This document shows positions 18,506 to 26,931 of a stretch of DNA of 44,568 nucleotides, one piece after another (position 1 is the first letter of the stretch; every line of letters starts with the position of its first letter). Below the pieces are notes generated by a model, which was not told the origin of the DNA, searched no databases, and saw only the letters and a program-made list of their open reading frames with translations. Origin of the DNA: Candidatus Woesearchaeota archaeon (GTDB lineage: Archaea; Nanobdellota; Nanobdellia; SCGC-AAA011-G17; UBA489); the NCBI GenBank assembly GCA_018658265.1, contig JABHVN010000045.1, forward strand, positions 1 to 44,568. Reading direction: 5' to 3'. Made by a program: the position numbers and the translations under genes.

Positions 18506-20167
18506 TCACATTTCTTCAGGAGCTTTAACACCTAACAAATTCAAACCATTTTCTAAAACATTTCTAACACAATCAACAATTAATATCCTAGTAGTCTCAT
18601 TTCCATCATCAATTATTTTATGTTTAGCATAGAATGAATTAAACAAAGAACTCAAATCTAATAAATATCTTGCAAGTATTGAAGGTTTGTACTGTCTTGC
18701 AGCTTGGTCCAAAAAGTAATCAAATCTCCCAAGATGTTTAACTAATGAGATTTCATCTTCAATTTTATTCCAGTCAACATTTTTACTAACTTTAACTTCC
18801 GATTTCTTTAAAACCGAACAACATCTTGCATGAGTATATTGTACATATGGTGCAGTTTCACCTTCAAAATTCAAAAATTTATCCCAATCAAATACTGCAT
18901 CCTTAATTCTATCATTGCTCAAGTCTGCAAAAACTACTGCCCCAATGCCTATCATTTCTGCAACTTTATCTTTATTTTTCAGTTTAGGGTTTTTCTTATT
19001 GATTGTTTTTTTAGCTAATTCGATGGCCTTATCCAAAACTTCTTCTAAAAAGACTATATTCCCTTTTCTTGTAGAAAGTCCCTTAAAATGTCCAAAATCT
19101 ACATGTACAAGCTTGTTTGAATGCCCCTTTAACTCTAGAACTTTAAACAATTGATCAAAATGTAATTTTTGCGGAGATCCAACAACATATAGTAATTCAT
19201 CTGCCTTGTATTTTTTCAGCCTATAAAGTGCAGCAGCAAGGTCTCGTGTATGATATGTGGTTGCACCATCAGATTTCCTTAACATGAATGGAGTCATGCC
19301 ATATTCTTCAAGGTTTACGATTAATGCGCCTTCACTTAATTCAGTTTTAACATTTTTTTCTAATTCTTTTATTGCGTCTTCCATTTTATCATTGTAAAAT
19401 GATTCGCCATCCCAAGAATCAAAATCAATATTCATCATACCATAATATTTCTTAAATTCTTCAAGCGATAACTCTTTGAATATCTCCCATTGAGATAAAC
19501 TTTCCTTGTCACCATTTTCCATTTTCTTAAATTCTGCTCTAGCTTCATCTTCCAATTCAGGATTAATTTCTGCTTCAGAATGAAATTTAACATAAACTTC
19601 TAACAAATGTTTAATTGGGTCTTTCTCCAACTTCTTTTCATCTCCCCATTTTTTATAGGAAACCACTAGCTTACCAAACTGGGTTCCCCAGTCGCCCAGA
19701 TGATTAACTCCTACACATTTGTATCCTCTATGCCCTAGTATTTTGTAAATAGAATTCCCTATAACTGTACTTCTCAAATGACCAATTCCAAAAGGTTTAG
19801 CAATGTTAGGAGAAGAATAATCAATAACTACTGTTTTCCCTTTACCTTCATCGGACATACCATATTTATTTTTTTTAATAAATATTTCACTCAAAAATTC
19901 TTTAGCAACCAAATCATTTTTTAAAAATACATTCAAATAAGGTCCTTTAATCTCAACCTTTTCAATAAACTTACAAGTTAATTTTGAAGAGAGTTCTTTA
20001 GCCAATTCTACAGGACTCTTTTTTAATTTAGCTGCAAACTTAAAACATGGAAATGCATAGTCTCCAAGATTACTTTCTGGAGGAACTTCTAGAACTTCAA
20101 TTACTTCTTCTTTCTTACATTTAAGCTCCTTTGAAATTAATGAAGCTATTTCAAACTTAAAATCCAT
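18506..20167 (-). CDS. argS: Arginyl-tRNA synthetase
   Basis: DYSSPNIAKPFGIGHLRS, NHLGDWGTQFG, GETAPYVQYTHAR, C-terminal APEEM; start 20167 or 20176. Confidence 0.97.
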   Translation of the reverse strand: MDFKFEIASLISKELKCKKEEVIEVLEVPPESNLGDYAFPCFKFAAKLKKSPVELAKELSSKLTCKFIEKVEIKGPYLNVFLKNDLVAKEFLSEIFIKKNKYGMSDEGKGKTVVIDYSSPNIAKPFGIGHLRSTVIGNSIYKILGHRGYKCVGVNHLGDWGTQFGKLVVSYKKWGDEKKLEKDPIKHLLEVYVKFHSEAEINPELEDEARAEFKKMENGDKESLSQWEIFKELSLEEFKKYYGMMNIDFDSWDGESFYNDKMEDAIKELEKNVKTELSEGALIVNLEEYGMTPFMLRKSDGATTYHTRDLAAALYRLKKYKADELLYVVGSPQKLHFDQLFKVLELKGHSNKLVHVDFGHFKGLSTRKGNIVFLEEVLDKAIELAKKTINKKNPKLKNKDKVAEMIGIGAVVFADLSNDRIKDAVFDWDKFLNFEGETAPYVQYTHARCCSVLKKSEVKVSKNVDWNKIEDEISLVKHLGRFDYFLDQAARQYKPSILARYLLDLSSLFNSFYAKHKIIDDGNETTRILIVDCVRNVLENGLNLLGVKAPEEM

Positions 20168-20204
20168 AGAAAACATTTAGAATAATGCTCTTATATAATT
20201 TTCT

Positions 20205-21023
20205 CTACTTAAGCATCTTACTAGCTGGGGACATTTTCTCCCATTGATGATCAAACATACCCTGAACAGTAGAGGCAAAATAAGGTGTTTGTACCCATAC
20301 GCCTACATCATATGTTGGATGAACTTCTTCATCATTCATAACCATAAACATTAAATCTTTCTCATCAACAATACAGAATCTTGCACTTAGATCTTCAGCA
20401 TGTCTAACTTCTGCATCCTTACCCATACTTTTAATTGAGTTTTCTGCATCCTTACTAATTGGTGCTGCAATTCTAATGCTAACTCCTTTTTTCTTTAATC
20501 TATTAAATTCAGGTTTCAATGCTTCTATTTTCCTCATAACTCCTTTGGAAGTTGTCATGATTACAACAGATTTTTTAGCCCCTTTGACCATTGATTCCAT
20601 ATGCGTGTAAATATTATGTCTTCCTCTAATTGCTCCAGCAAGATCTGTTGGTTCAATAAAGTCAACACCTTGTTTATGTAATGCAGTAAGTTCTTCTAAT
20701 ACTTCTCCGCCCTTCATTTCATCAAGTTTTTTTATTTTTGTGGCAGTTTGTACGTTAACATATTTCTTAACCTTTTCAACAACTTGTCCAGGGTCAACAG
20801 CTAAATATTTTATGGGTTTACCCAACTTCATAATAATAAATCCTTTTTTTTCAAGAGATTCTAAAACATCGTATGCTCTTGATCTAGGAACATCACCAAT
20901 ATCGGAAAGTTCACCGGCAGTAGAAACTCCTCTTGAAAGAAGTGCAGTCCATATTCTTGCTTCATATAAATTTAGACCAAAAAGTCCTCGAGTTTTATTC
21001 AAAAAGTCTTCTTTAACAATCAT
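20205..21023 (-). CDS. TrmB family transcriptional regulator
   Basis: GLNLYEARIW...VPRSRAYDVLESLEKKG wHTH plus PLD-like effector domain. Confidence 0.9.
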   Translation of the reverse strand: MIVKEDFLNKTRGLFGLNLYEARIWTALLSRGVSTAGELSDIGDVPRSRAYDVLESLEKKGFIIMKLGKPIKYLAVDPGQVVEKVKKYVNVQTATKIKKLDEMKGGEVLEELTALHKQGVDFIEPTDLAGAIRGRHNIYTHMESMVKGAKKSVVIMTTSKGVMRKIEALKPEFNRLKKKGVSIRIAAPISKDAENSIKSMGKDAEVRHAEDLSARFCIVDEKDLMFMVMNDEEVHPTYDVGVWVQTPYFASTVQGMFDHQWEKMSPASKMLK

Positions 21024-21162
21024 ACTTTATTTCTCCAAGTTAAGTGTCGCGTAAATTGGAAAAAGAATACCTATCTTCTCCGCTCTTTTTTTTAACACCC
21101 TGTCTCGATTATAAATGAATATACCTTTTAGCTACTATTTAAACATTACTATCTTTAAGTCG

Positions 21163-22839
21163 TTATTTATTCTGACTTTTGTAAAGTTCTTCAATGCTTT
21201 TAATATCTGCAATTTCATTTAGTGGTTTATCATATCTTATTTGCAGTATTCTTGGAAATCTCAATGCATAACCTGAGTTATAAGTTGGACTTTTTTGTAT
21301 TTCTTCATAAGAAACTTCAACAATTATTTGAGGTTTAACATTTACAATCTTACCTTTATGAGATGTTGTTATTTTTTTAAGTTCTTTAGTCATATTTTCA
21401 AAATTATTCAATTCACCTTCTTCAAACTTTTCTTTTAACCCAGTTGAAACTTTTCCAACTTCTAAAAACTCGCCATCTTTTTGACATGCAACTGTATATG
21501 ATGTTAACCATGAAGCCCGCTTACCTTCTCCCCACTCCGCTTTAACAATTACCAAGTCTAAAGCATCCATAACTTCCTTTAGTTTAGCCATGTAGCCCAC
21601 ATACCTTCCAGGTTTGTAAGGTGCTTCCAATGACTTGAAAATTAAACCTTCATGACCTGCAGTTATAGCTTTCTTGAAAAACTTTTGAACTTCATTAACT
21701 TTATCAGTGATTATTAATTCAGATAAAACTATTTTCTTAGATTCAGATTTAACAATTTTATCAAGTATTTTTCTTCTCTCATCAAAACTAGTATTCAATA
21801 ATTTTTTACCATTGCAATAGATAACATCGAAAGAATTTATTTCAACTGGAAATTGTTTTGCCATCTCTTCAGTATTATATTTTCTTCTAATTCTTTGAGA
21901 TATTTTTTGGAAAGGCAAATACTTTCCAGTTTTGGGATCATAACCTACTGCCTCACAATCAATTATATAATTTTTAGATTTAATGTTATTTTTTGCAATT
22001 TCTACAACGTCTGGAAATTGTTTTGTAACATCTTCCATTCCACGAGTAAATAATTTTATTTCAGTACCATCATTATGGATTTGCATCCTAAATCCGTCAT
22101 ATTTAAACTCCAAAGCTGCAGGACTTCCAACTGCAGTAAAGCCATCTTCAACAGTTTTAGATAAAACTGCCAACATTAATTTTAATGGTCTTCCAGGTTT
22201 AAGTTTAATATCTCCAAGTTTATTTTCTTTAGCTAACAATGCCACTTCTCCATGGTCTGCCAAAATATCGAATGCTTCATCTACATCTTTAGTCTCTTGA
22301 TCAAATGCCTGTGCAATTGCATCTTTGATTATCCCATCAGCAATTCCAACTCTTAGAACCTCTAAAACAGTCCTTGAAATATATCTTGATTCTTCTTTAC
22401 TAGCATTAGTTATTAATTCTGCAACTAGTCCAATTTTTCTATCGACAGATCCACTTCCTTCCATAACAGCTAGTTTTCGAATATTATCAATAACTTTTTT
22501 TACAGTAAGAGTTTCACTGAATAATGTCTTTTGGCTTTTAGTTCCAACTTCTAAAGCAGTAACATCTCCCAAATCTCCAAGTTTATTTAATCCACTTTCA
22601 ATCTTATCCAAACTACTTCCGGTGGCAGAACTAATTGCTTTAATCAATAATCTATCAGAAAATCCAATTTTACGATTATCCCATAATGGAAAAACTCTTC
22701 CATTCAACAAACAAATAACTTCTTCCAAATCTTCTTGTTTAGTCTCTTTTAAGAAATTGGCTATAATCTCGGTCTTCTCAAGCCTTTTAGTAGTCTTTCC
22801 TAGTTGATCATACAGATTAGATAATTCAGCATACCTCAT
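21163..22839 (-). CDS. lig: ATP-dependent DNA ligase
   Basis: Motif I EFKYDGFR, EGLIFK, YKPGR, WGEGKR, LRFPR. Confidence 0.97.
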   Translation of the reverse strand: MRYAELSNLYDQLGKTTKRLEKTEIIANFLKETKQEDLEEVICLLNGRVFPLWDNRKIGFSDRLLIKAISSATGSSLDKIESGLNKLGDLGDVTALEVGTKSQKTLFSETLTVKKVIDNIRKLAVMEGSGSVDRKIGLVAELITNASKEESRYISRTVLEVLRVGIADGIIKDAIAQAFDQETKDVDEAFDILADHGEVALLAKENKLGDIKLKPGRPLKLMLAVLSKTVEDGFTAVGSPAALEFKYDGFRMQIHNDGTEIKLFTRGMEDVTKQFPDVVEIAKNNIKSKNYIIDCEAVGYDPKTGKYLPFQKISQRIRRKYNTEEMAKQFPVEINSFDVIYCNGKKLLNTSFDERRKILDKIVKSESKKIVLSELIITDKVNEVQKFFKKAITAGHEGLIFKSLEAPYKPGRYVGYMAKLKEVMDALDLVIVKAEWGEGKRASWLTSYTVACQKDGEFLEVGKVSTGLKEKFEEGELNNFENMTKELKKITTSHKGKIVNVKPQIIVEVSYEEIQKSPTYNSGYALRFPRILQIRYDKPLNEIADIKSIEELYKSQNK

Positions 22840-22879
22840 GACAAAACTTAAATAAATGTGAGATATAAATCTTTCTTAC

Positions 22880-23539
22880 ATGGAATTTGACAACATTGTA
22901 CATACAAGAAGAACTTGCAGAGATTTTAAGAAAAAGGACATTTCTATGGGCACAATAGGAGAAGTCTTAGATATATCTAGATTTGCACCTTCAGCAGGAA
23001 ATGTACAGAATTGGTATTTCATAGTTGTAAAGGATTCTGAGAAAAAAGAAGCTTTAGTAGACAAATGTAAGGGACAGGCATGGATGAATGATGCGCCCGC
23101 ACTTATTGTAATCTGCAATAAATCTGATGATTGTACAAAAAAGTTCAAAGAAAAAGGAGAGCAATTTTCCATTCAAAATTGTGCAATAATTTCCTCATAC
23201 ATTACATTGAAAGCTACAGATATGGGTCTCGGAACTGCAATTGTTGGAGCATTCAATGATAAAGAAGTAAAAAGAGTTTTAGATATTCCAAATAATATTT
23301 CTCCAGAAGGAATAGTTGCAATCGGATATCCTAATTCCTTAGATGAAGATCAAGAAAGAGAAGATCTTAGATATCACACTTATTTTGAATCTTGGGGCAA
23401 TAAAGAGTTTACTAAAGGTACTTGGCCAATTTCAAAACCTCTTGGAAAAGCAACAAAGAAAGTTTCACAATCAACAAACAGAGCTAAACTAAAAGCATCT
23501 GGACTTCTAAGAAAAGTTAAAAATAAAATAAAAAATTAG
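22880..23539 (+). CDS. Nitroreductase family protein
   Basis: RRTCRDF, APSAGNVQNW, GLGTAIVGAF, IGYP. Confidence 0.92.
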   Translation: MEFDNIVHTRRTCRDFKKKDISMGTIGEVLDISRFAPSAGNVQNWYFIVVKDSEKKEALVDKCKGQAWMNDAPALIVICNKSDDCTKKFKEKGEQFSIQNCAIISSYITLKATDMGLGTAIVGAFNDKEVKRVLDIPNNISPEGIVAIGYPNSLDEDQEREDLRYHTYFESWGNKEFTKGTWPISKPLGKATKKVSQSTNRAKLKASGLLRKVKNKIKN

Positions 23540-23548
23540 TTGTAATGA

Positions 23549-23965
23549 TTAAACATTACAACATAATGCATCAACACTCAAGCCATCATCGCTTCCAGTT
23601 TGACTACATTTCCAACCTTCTGAACGATTAGTGCTATTTCCCCAATGGCCGTAAAAGTTAGGTACATTTTCTGTTAGGTATGCCATATTCCCATCACTAT
23701 TACATCCACCACTAATTATGGAGGGTTTATTTGCAGGGCACTGTCTAGACATTTCCAGAGTATTATTTCCCATTTCGCTTATAATTTGGCCACCTGCACT
23801 ATTCCATGCACATCTTCCCGAAACAGCAGCGTTAACTGCATGACCTGTTAAATCTACTTCAGATGTAAATGCTCCAGTTAAACTTGTAGCTAAAAAAGCT
23901 GCAGCAAGTATTAATAAAACTGGAAGAAGTAACATATGATGATTTTCTGTTTTTCTTATCTTCAT
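23549..23965 (-). CDS. Small secreted Cys-rich protein
   Basis: N-terminal hydrophobic helix, LTGAF/LTGHAV motifs, CP..ISGGC..WKC..ALCC pattern; GAGGTG SD. Confidence 0.8.
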   Translation of the reverse strand: MKIRKTENHHMLLLPVLLILAAAFLATSLTGAFTSEVDLTGHAVNAAVSGRCAWNSAGGQIISEMGNNTLEMSRQCPANKPSIISGGCNSDGNMAYLTENVPNFYGHWGNSTNRSEGWKCSQTGSDDGLSVDALCCNV

Positions 23966-24058
23966 TATCTTAACACCTCATTGTTATTTTAATAAAAATA
24001 AATCCAATTCTAATTATTTAAACCTTGCGAAAACAAAGTACAAACTAAATATTGATTA

Positions 24059-24103
24059 TAAAAAAGAAAAAATGGCTGATGCCTATTAAGAAGCGGCATC
24101 AGC
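24059..24103 (-). terminator. Hairpin plus U-tract terminator candidate downstream of ftsZ
   Basis: Perfect 9-bp stem GCTGATGCC (24075-24083)/GGCATCAGC (24095-24103), followed on the minus strand by CATTTTTTCTTTTTT. Confidence 0.65.
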
Positions 24104-24146
24104 AAAACACAAGACACGAAAAAGGGCGTCTTTGGGGGTTGCCCTT

Positions 24147-25244
24147 TTAGTATGATTTTCTGGTTGGCGTATTTTCGTAGCCAACCATGTCGATGCCCAG
24201 ATCATCTGCGACCTGTACTGCTTGCTTAGTCACCTCTGTATGACTAGATTTTCCAAGGATGTATGGTGAGGTTACACCAGTAATAATGGTCATAATCCTC
24301 AATCTTCCTGCCATGCTTGGGTCAATTCTAGCTCCCCAGATTACGTTTGCGTCAGCATCCAAAGCTTCAGTAATGATCTCTCCGATTCTGTTAACTTCAT
24401 CTAAAGTTAGATCATCTCCACCACTTACATGAATCAAAGCTCCAGTTGAGCCATCATAACTTACATCCAGTAATGGATTTGTTAATGCTCTTCTTGTTGC
24501 TTCTTCAACACGAGACTCTGTATCTGATTCGCCTATACCTATAATTGCAACATCTCCATTAGACATAATTGCTCTTACATCAGCATAATCTAAGTTTACT
24601 AATGAAGGTACAGCAATTGTTTCTACAATTCCTTTAATCATTGTTGAGATTAACTCATTTGCAACAGCGAATGCTTGTTGAATAGGTAAGTTTCCTGCGA
24701 TGTTTACTAATCTATTATTGTCAATAACAATAACAGTATCACATTCTTCTCTTAATTGTTGTAAGCCAAATTCAGCTTTATCAACTCTAGCTCTTTCAAT
24801 TTCGAAAGGCATTGTAACAGTTCCAATAACAATTGCGCCTGTTTCTTTAGCCATTTGTGCAACAACTGGAGCACTTCCAGTTCCTGTTCCTCCACCAAGA
24901 CCAGCACATACAAATACCATGTCTGCATCCTTGATGAATTTTTTAATATCATTACCAGATTCTTTTGCAGCTTCTCTTCCTTTTTCAGGGAATCCGCCAC
25001 ATCCTAATCCTCTAGTTAAATCTGCACCAATTAGAAATCTTCCATCACAGCTGGTCATATCTAAATGTTGCTTATCTGTGTTAACAGCGTAAATTTTTGC
25101 ACCCTTAACTCCTTTTTTATGTAACCAGGAAACCATATTTCCTCCGCCACCACCACATCCGATAACACGAATGTTAGCTTCTCCTATAGGTGTTTGTTCT
25201 ATTGCCGGTGCATTTCTTAATGCGTCTTGTATTAAATTTTCCAT
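24147..25244 (-). CDS. ftsZ: Cell division protein FtsZ
   Basis: GCGGGGGN, tubulin signature GLGGGTGTGSAP, IDNNRL, NLDYADV, IWGAR. Confidence 0.98.
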   Translation of the reverse strand: MENLIQDALRNAPAIEQTPIGEANIRVIGCGGGGGNMVSWLHKKGVKGAKIYAVNTDKQHLDMTSCDGRFLIGADLTRGLGCGGFPEKGREAAKESGNDIKKFIKDADMVFVCAGLGGGTGTGSAPVVAQMAKETGAIVIGTVTMPFEIERARVDKAEFGLQQLREECDTVIVIDNNRLVNIAGNLPIQQAFAVANELISTMIKGIVETIAVPSLVNLDYADVRAIMSNGDVAIIGIGESDTESRVEEATRRALTNPLLDVSYDGSTGALIHVSGGDDLTLDEVNRIGEIITEALDADANVIWGARIDPSMAGRLRIMTIITGVTSPYILGKSSHTEVTKQAVQVADDLGIDMVGYENTPTRKSY

Positions 25245-25351
25245 TTTTTTCTTTTTCCCCCGTTGTTGGTTTTTTTGTTTGATTGCGATGTGTGTATGCT
25301 AGACCACAATAATCTTTATATTATAGTTCTAACTACAACTACTTTACGAGG

Positions 25352-25374
25352 TTTAATGATTTAATGATTTAATC
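25352..25374. repeat. Tandem 8-mer repeat TTTAATGA x2.9
   Basis: TTTAATGA-TTTAATGA-TTTAATC in the ftsZ upstream region. Confidence 0.6.
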
Positions 25375-25408
25375 GCTCCTAGAAATTAGTCAAACTATAA
25401 TATATATA

Positions 25409-25485
25409 CAGATTTTAGCCGATCTGATTGAGGTTAAGTTTTAGCCGAACTTAACGATAGTCAATAATTGTTTTAGCCGAACAAT
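25409..25485. repeat. Three inverted-repeat hairpins sharing the core TTTTAGCCGA
   Basis: CAGAT-TTTAGCCG-ATCTG (25409-25426), GTTAAGTT-TTAGCCG-AACTTAAC (25433-25455), ATTGTT-TTAGCCG-AACAAT (25467-25485). Confidence 0.85.
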
Positions 25486-25629
25486 ATAACTAAGTTTTTA
25501 ATTCTATTAATGTAACGTAAGTTATATATAAATACCTTTACTCTGTAACATATAAAACAAAAAATATAAATGGTTATTTAACCAATTACTAAAATTAATG
25601 CATTCGAACAGTACAATACTAAAAAGAGC

Positions 25630-26931
25630 GTGTTTAACTTGAAAAAAAACATTATTCCTAATACAAATATTAAGATAACAACTAAGGATTCAAGAACATT
25701 TGAAGGCCTTGTTCTTCCAGATACAACATCCCAAAAAGTTGTTCTAAAATTATCTTCAGGATATAATATAGGAATATTGAACAAAAATATTCAAGAAACT
25801 AAATCTCTAAAGAATCAAGTTTCAAAGAAAAACAAATTACCCAAACTAAAAACCAATAAAAAATTACCAACTATTTCTATTTTACATACTGGAGGTACAA
25901 TTGCCTCAAAAGTAGATTATGAAACTGGAGCAGTTTTATCTCAGTTCTCACCTGAAGATATAATCTCTATGTTCCCAGAAATCAAGGGTTTAGCCAATAT
26001 TGACTCTAAATTAGTTAGAAATATGTGGTCCAGCAACATGAATTTCAATCATTTTAACATATTGGCCAAGGCTGTTGAAAAAGAAGTAAAGAAGGGTGTA
26101 GACGGAATTATCGTAACTTTAGGAACAGATGCATTAACTTATGCCTCTGCAGCACTCAGTTTTATTTTAGAAGGAATATCCATTCCAGTTATCTTTACAG
26201 CATCACAAAGATCATCTGACAGAGGTTCTTCAGATGCATTCCTTAATCTATACTGTGCAGTTAAGTTTGCAAAGGAAGCTAATTTTGCAGGAGTTGCAAT
26301 ATGTATGCACGGTTCTTCAAATGATGATTACTGTAACGTTCTTCCTGCATGTAAAACTAAAAAATTGCATTCTTCTAGGAGAAATACTTTCCAACCAGTA
26401 AATACTGCCCCAATAGCAAAGGTAACAACTGAAAATATAGAGTTTTTCCCAGAAACACACCATAAAAAGAGAAATGATTCTAAATTAAAATTAAAATTAT
26501 TAAATCCTAAACTAAAACTAGGAATTTTAAGATTCCATCCTCATTTCCAAAGTTCAATGTTAGAACCAATTAAGAAATTTGATGGATTAATTATTGAGGG
26601 AACTGGATTAGGTAATGGTCCAGTTGAATGTGTTGACGAGTTTACGAAAGAAAATGAAAAAACAATCAAGACAATAACTGCATTAACAAAAAAAATGCCA
26701 GTTACAATGACCACTCAATGTGTATTTGGCAGAGTCAATATGAATGTTTACTCCTATGGGCGTAAAATCCTTGATTCTGGAGTCTGGGGCAACCATACGG
26801 ACATGCTACCAGAAACAGCATTTGTCAAATTAGCATGGTTATTAAGCAATTATAATAAAAAAGAAATAAAAGAACTTTATCACAAAAATTTAAGAGGCGA
26901 AATTTCAGAGAGAACTTTATACAATGACTGA
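25630..26931 (+). CDS. gatD: Glu-tRNA(Gln) amidotransferase subunit D
   Basis: KLSSGYNIG N-domain, TGGTIASKVDY, GTD, SQRSSDRGSSDA, DMLPETAFVKL, NLRGE; start may be 25630 (GTG) or 25639 (TTG). Confidence 0.96.
   Translation: MFNLKKNIIPNTNIKITTKDSRTFEGLVLPDTTSQKVVLKLSSGYNIGILNKNIQETKSLKNQVSKKNKLPKLKTNKKLPTISILHTGGTIASKVDYETGAVLSQFSPEDIISMFPEIKGLANIDSKLVRNMWSSNMNFNHFNILAKAVEKEVKKGVDGIIVTLGTDALTYASAALSFILEGISIPVIFTASQRSSDRGSSDAFLNLYCAVKFAKEANFAGVAICMHGSSNDDYCNVLPACKTKKLHSSRRNTFQPVNTAPIAKVTTENIEFFPETHHKKRNDSKLKLKLLNPKLKLGILRFHPHFQSSMLEPIKKFDGLIIEGTGLGNGPVECVDEFTKENEKTIKTITALTKKMPVTMTTQCVFGRVNMNVYSYGRKILDSGVWGNHTDMLPETAFVKLAWLLSNYNKKEIKELYHKNLRGEISERTLYND

Noticed and set aside
25409-25485. CRISPR mini-array interpretation of the TTTTAGCCGA repeats
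   Set aside because: Repeat is only 10-13 bp with periods of 26 and 32 bp, the flanks are self-complementary arms rather than spacers, and no cas genes are present.
25578-25784. 68-aa minus-strand ORF as a possible cdrS upstream of ftsZ
   Set aside because: Mostly antisense to gatD and shows no ribbon-helix-helix pattern.
26100-26145. GatD HGTDT motif reads LGTDA, possible inactivation
   Set aside because: Catalytic Thr and Asp, the TGGT Thr and the downstream Lys are retained.
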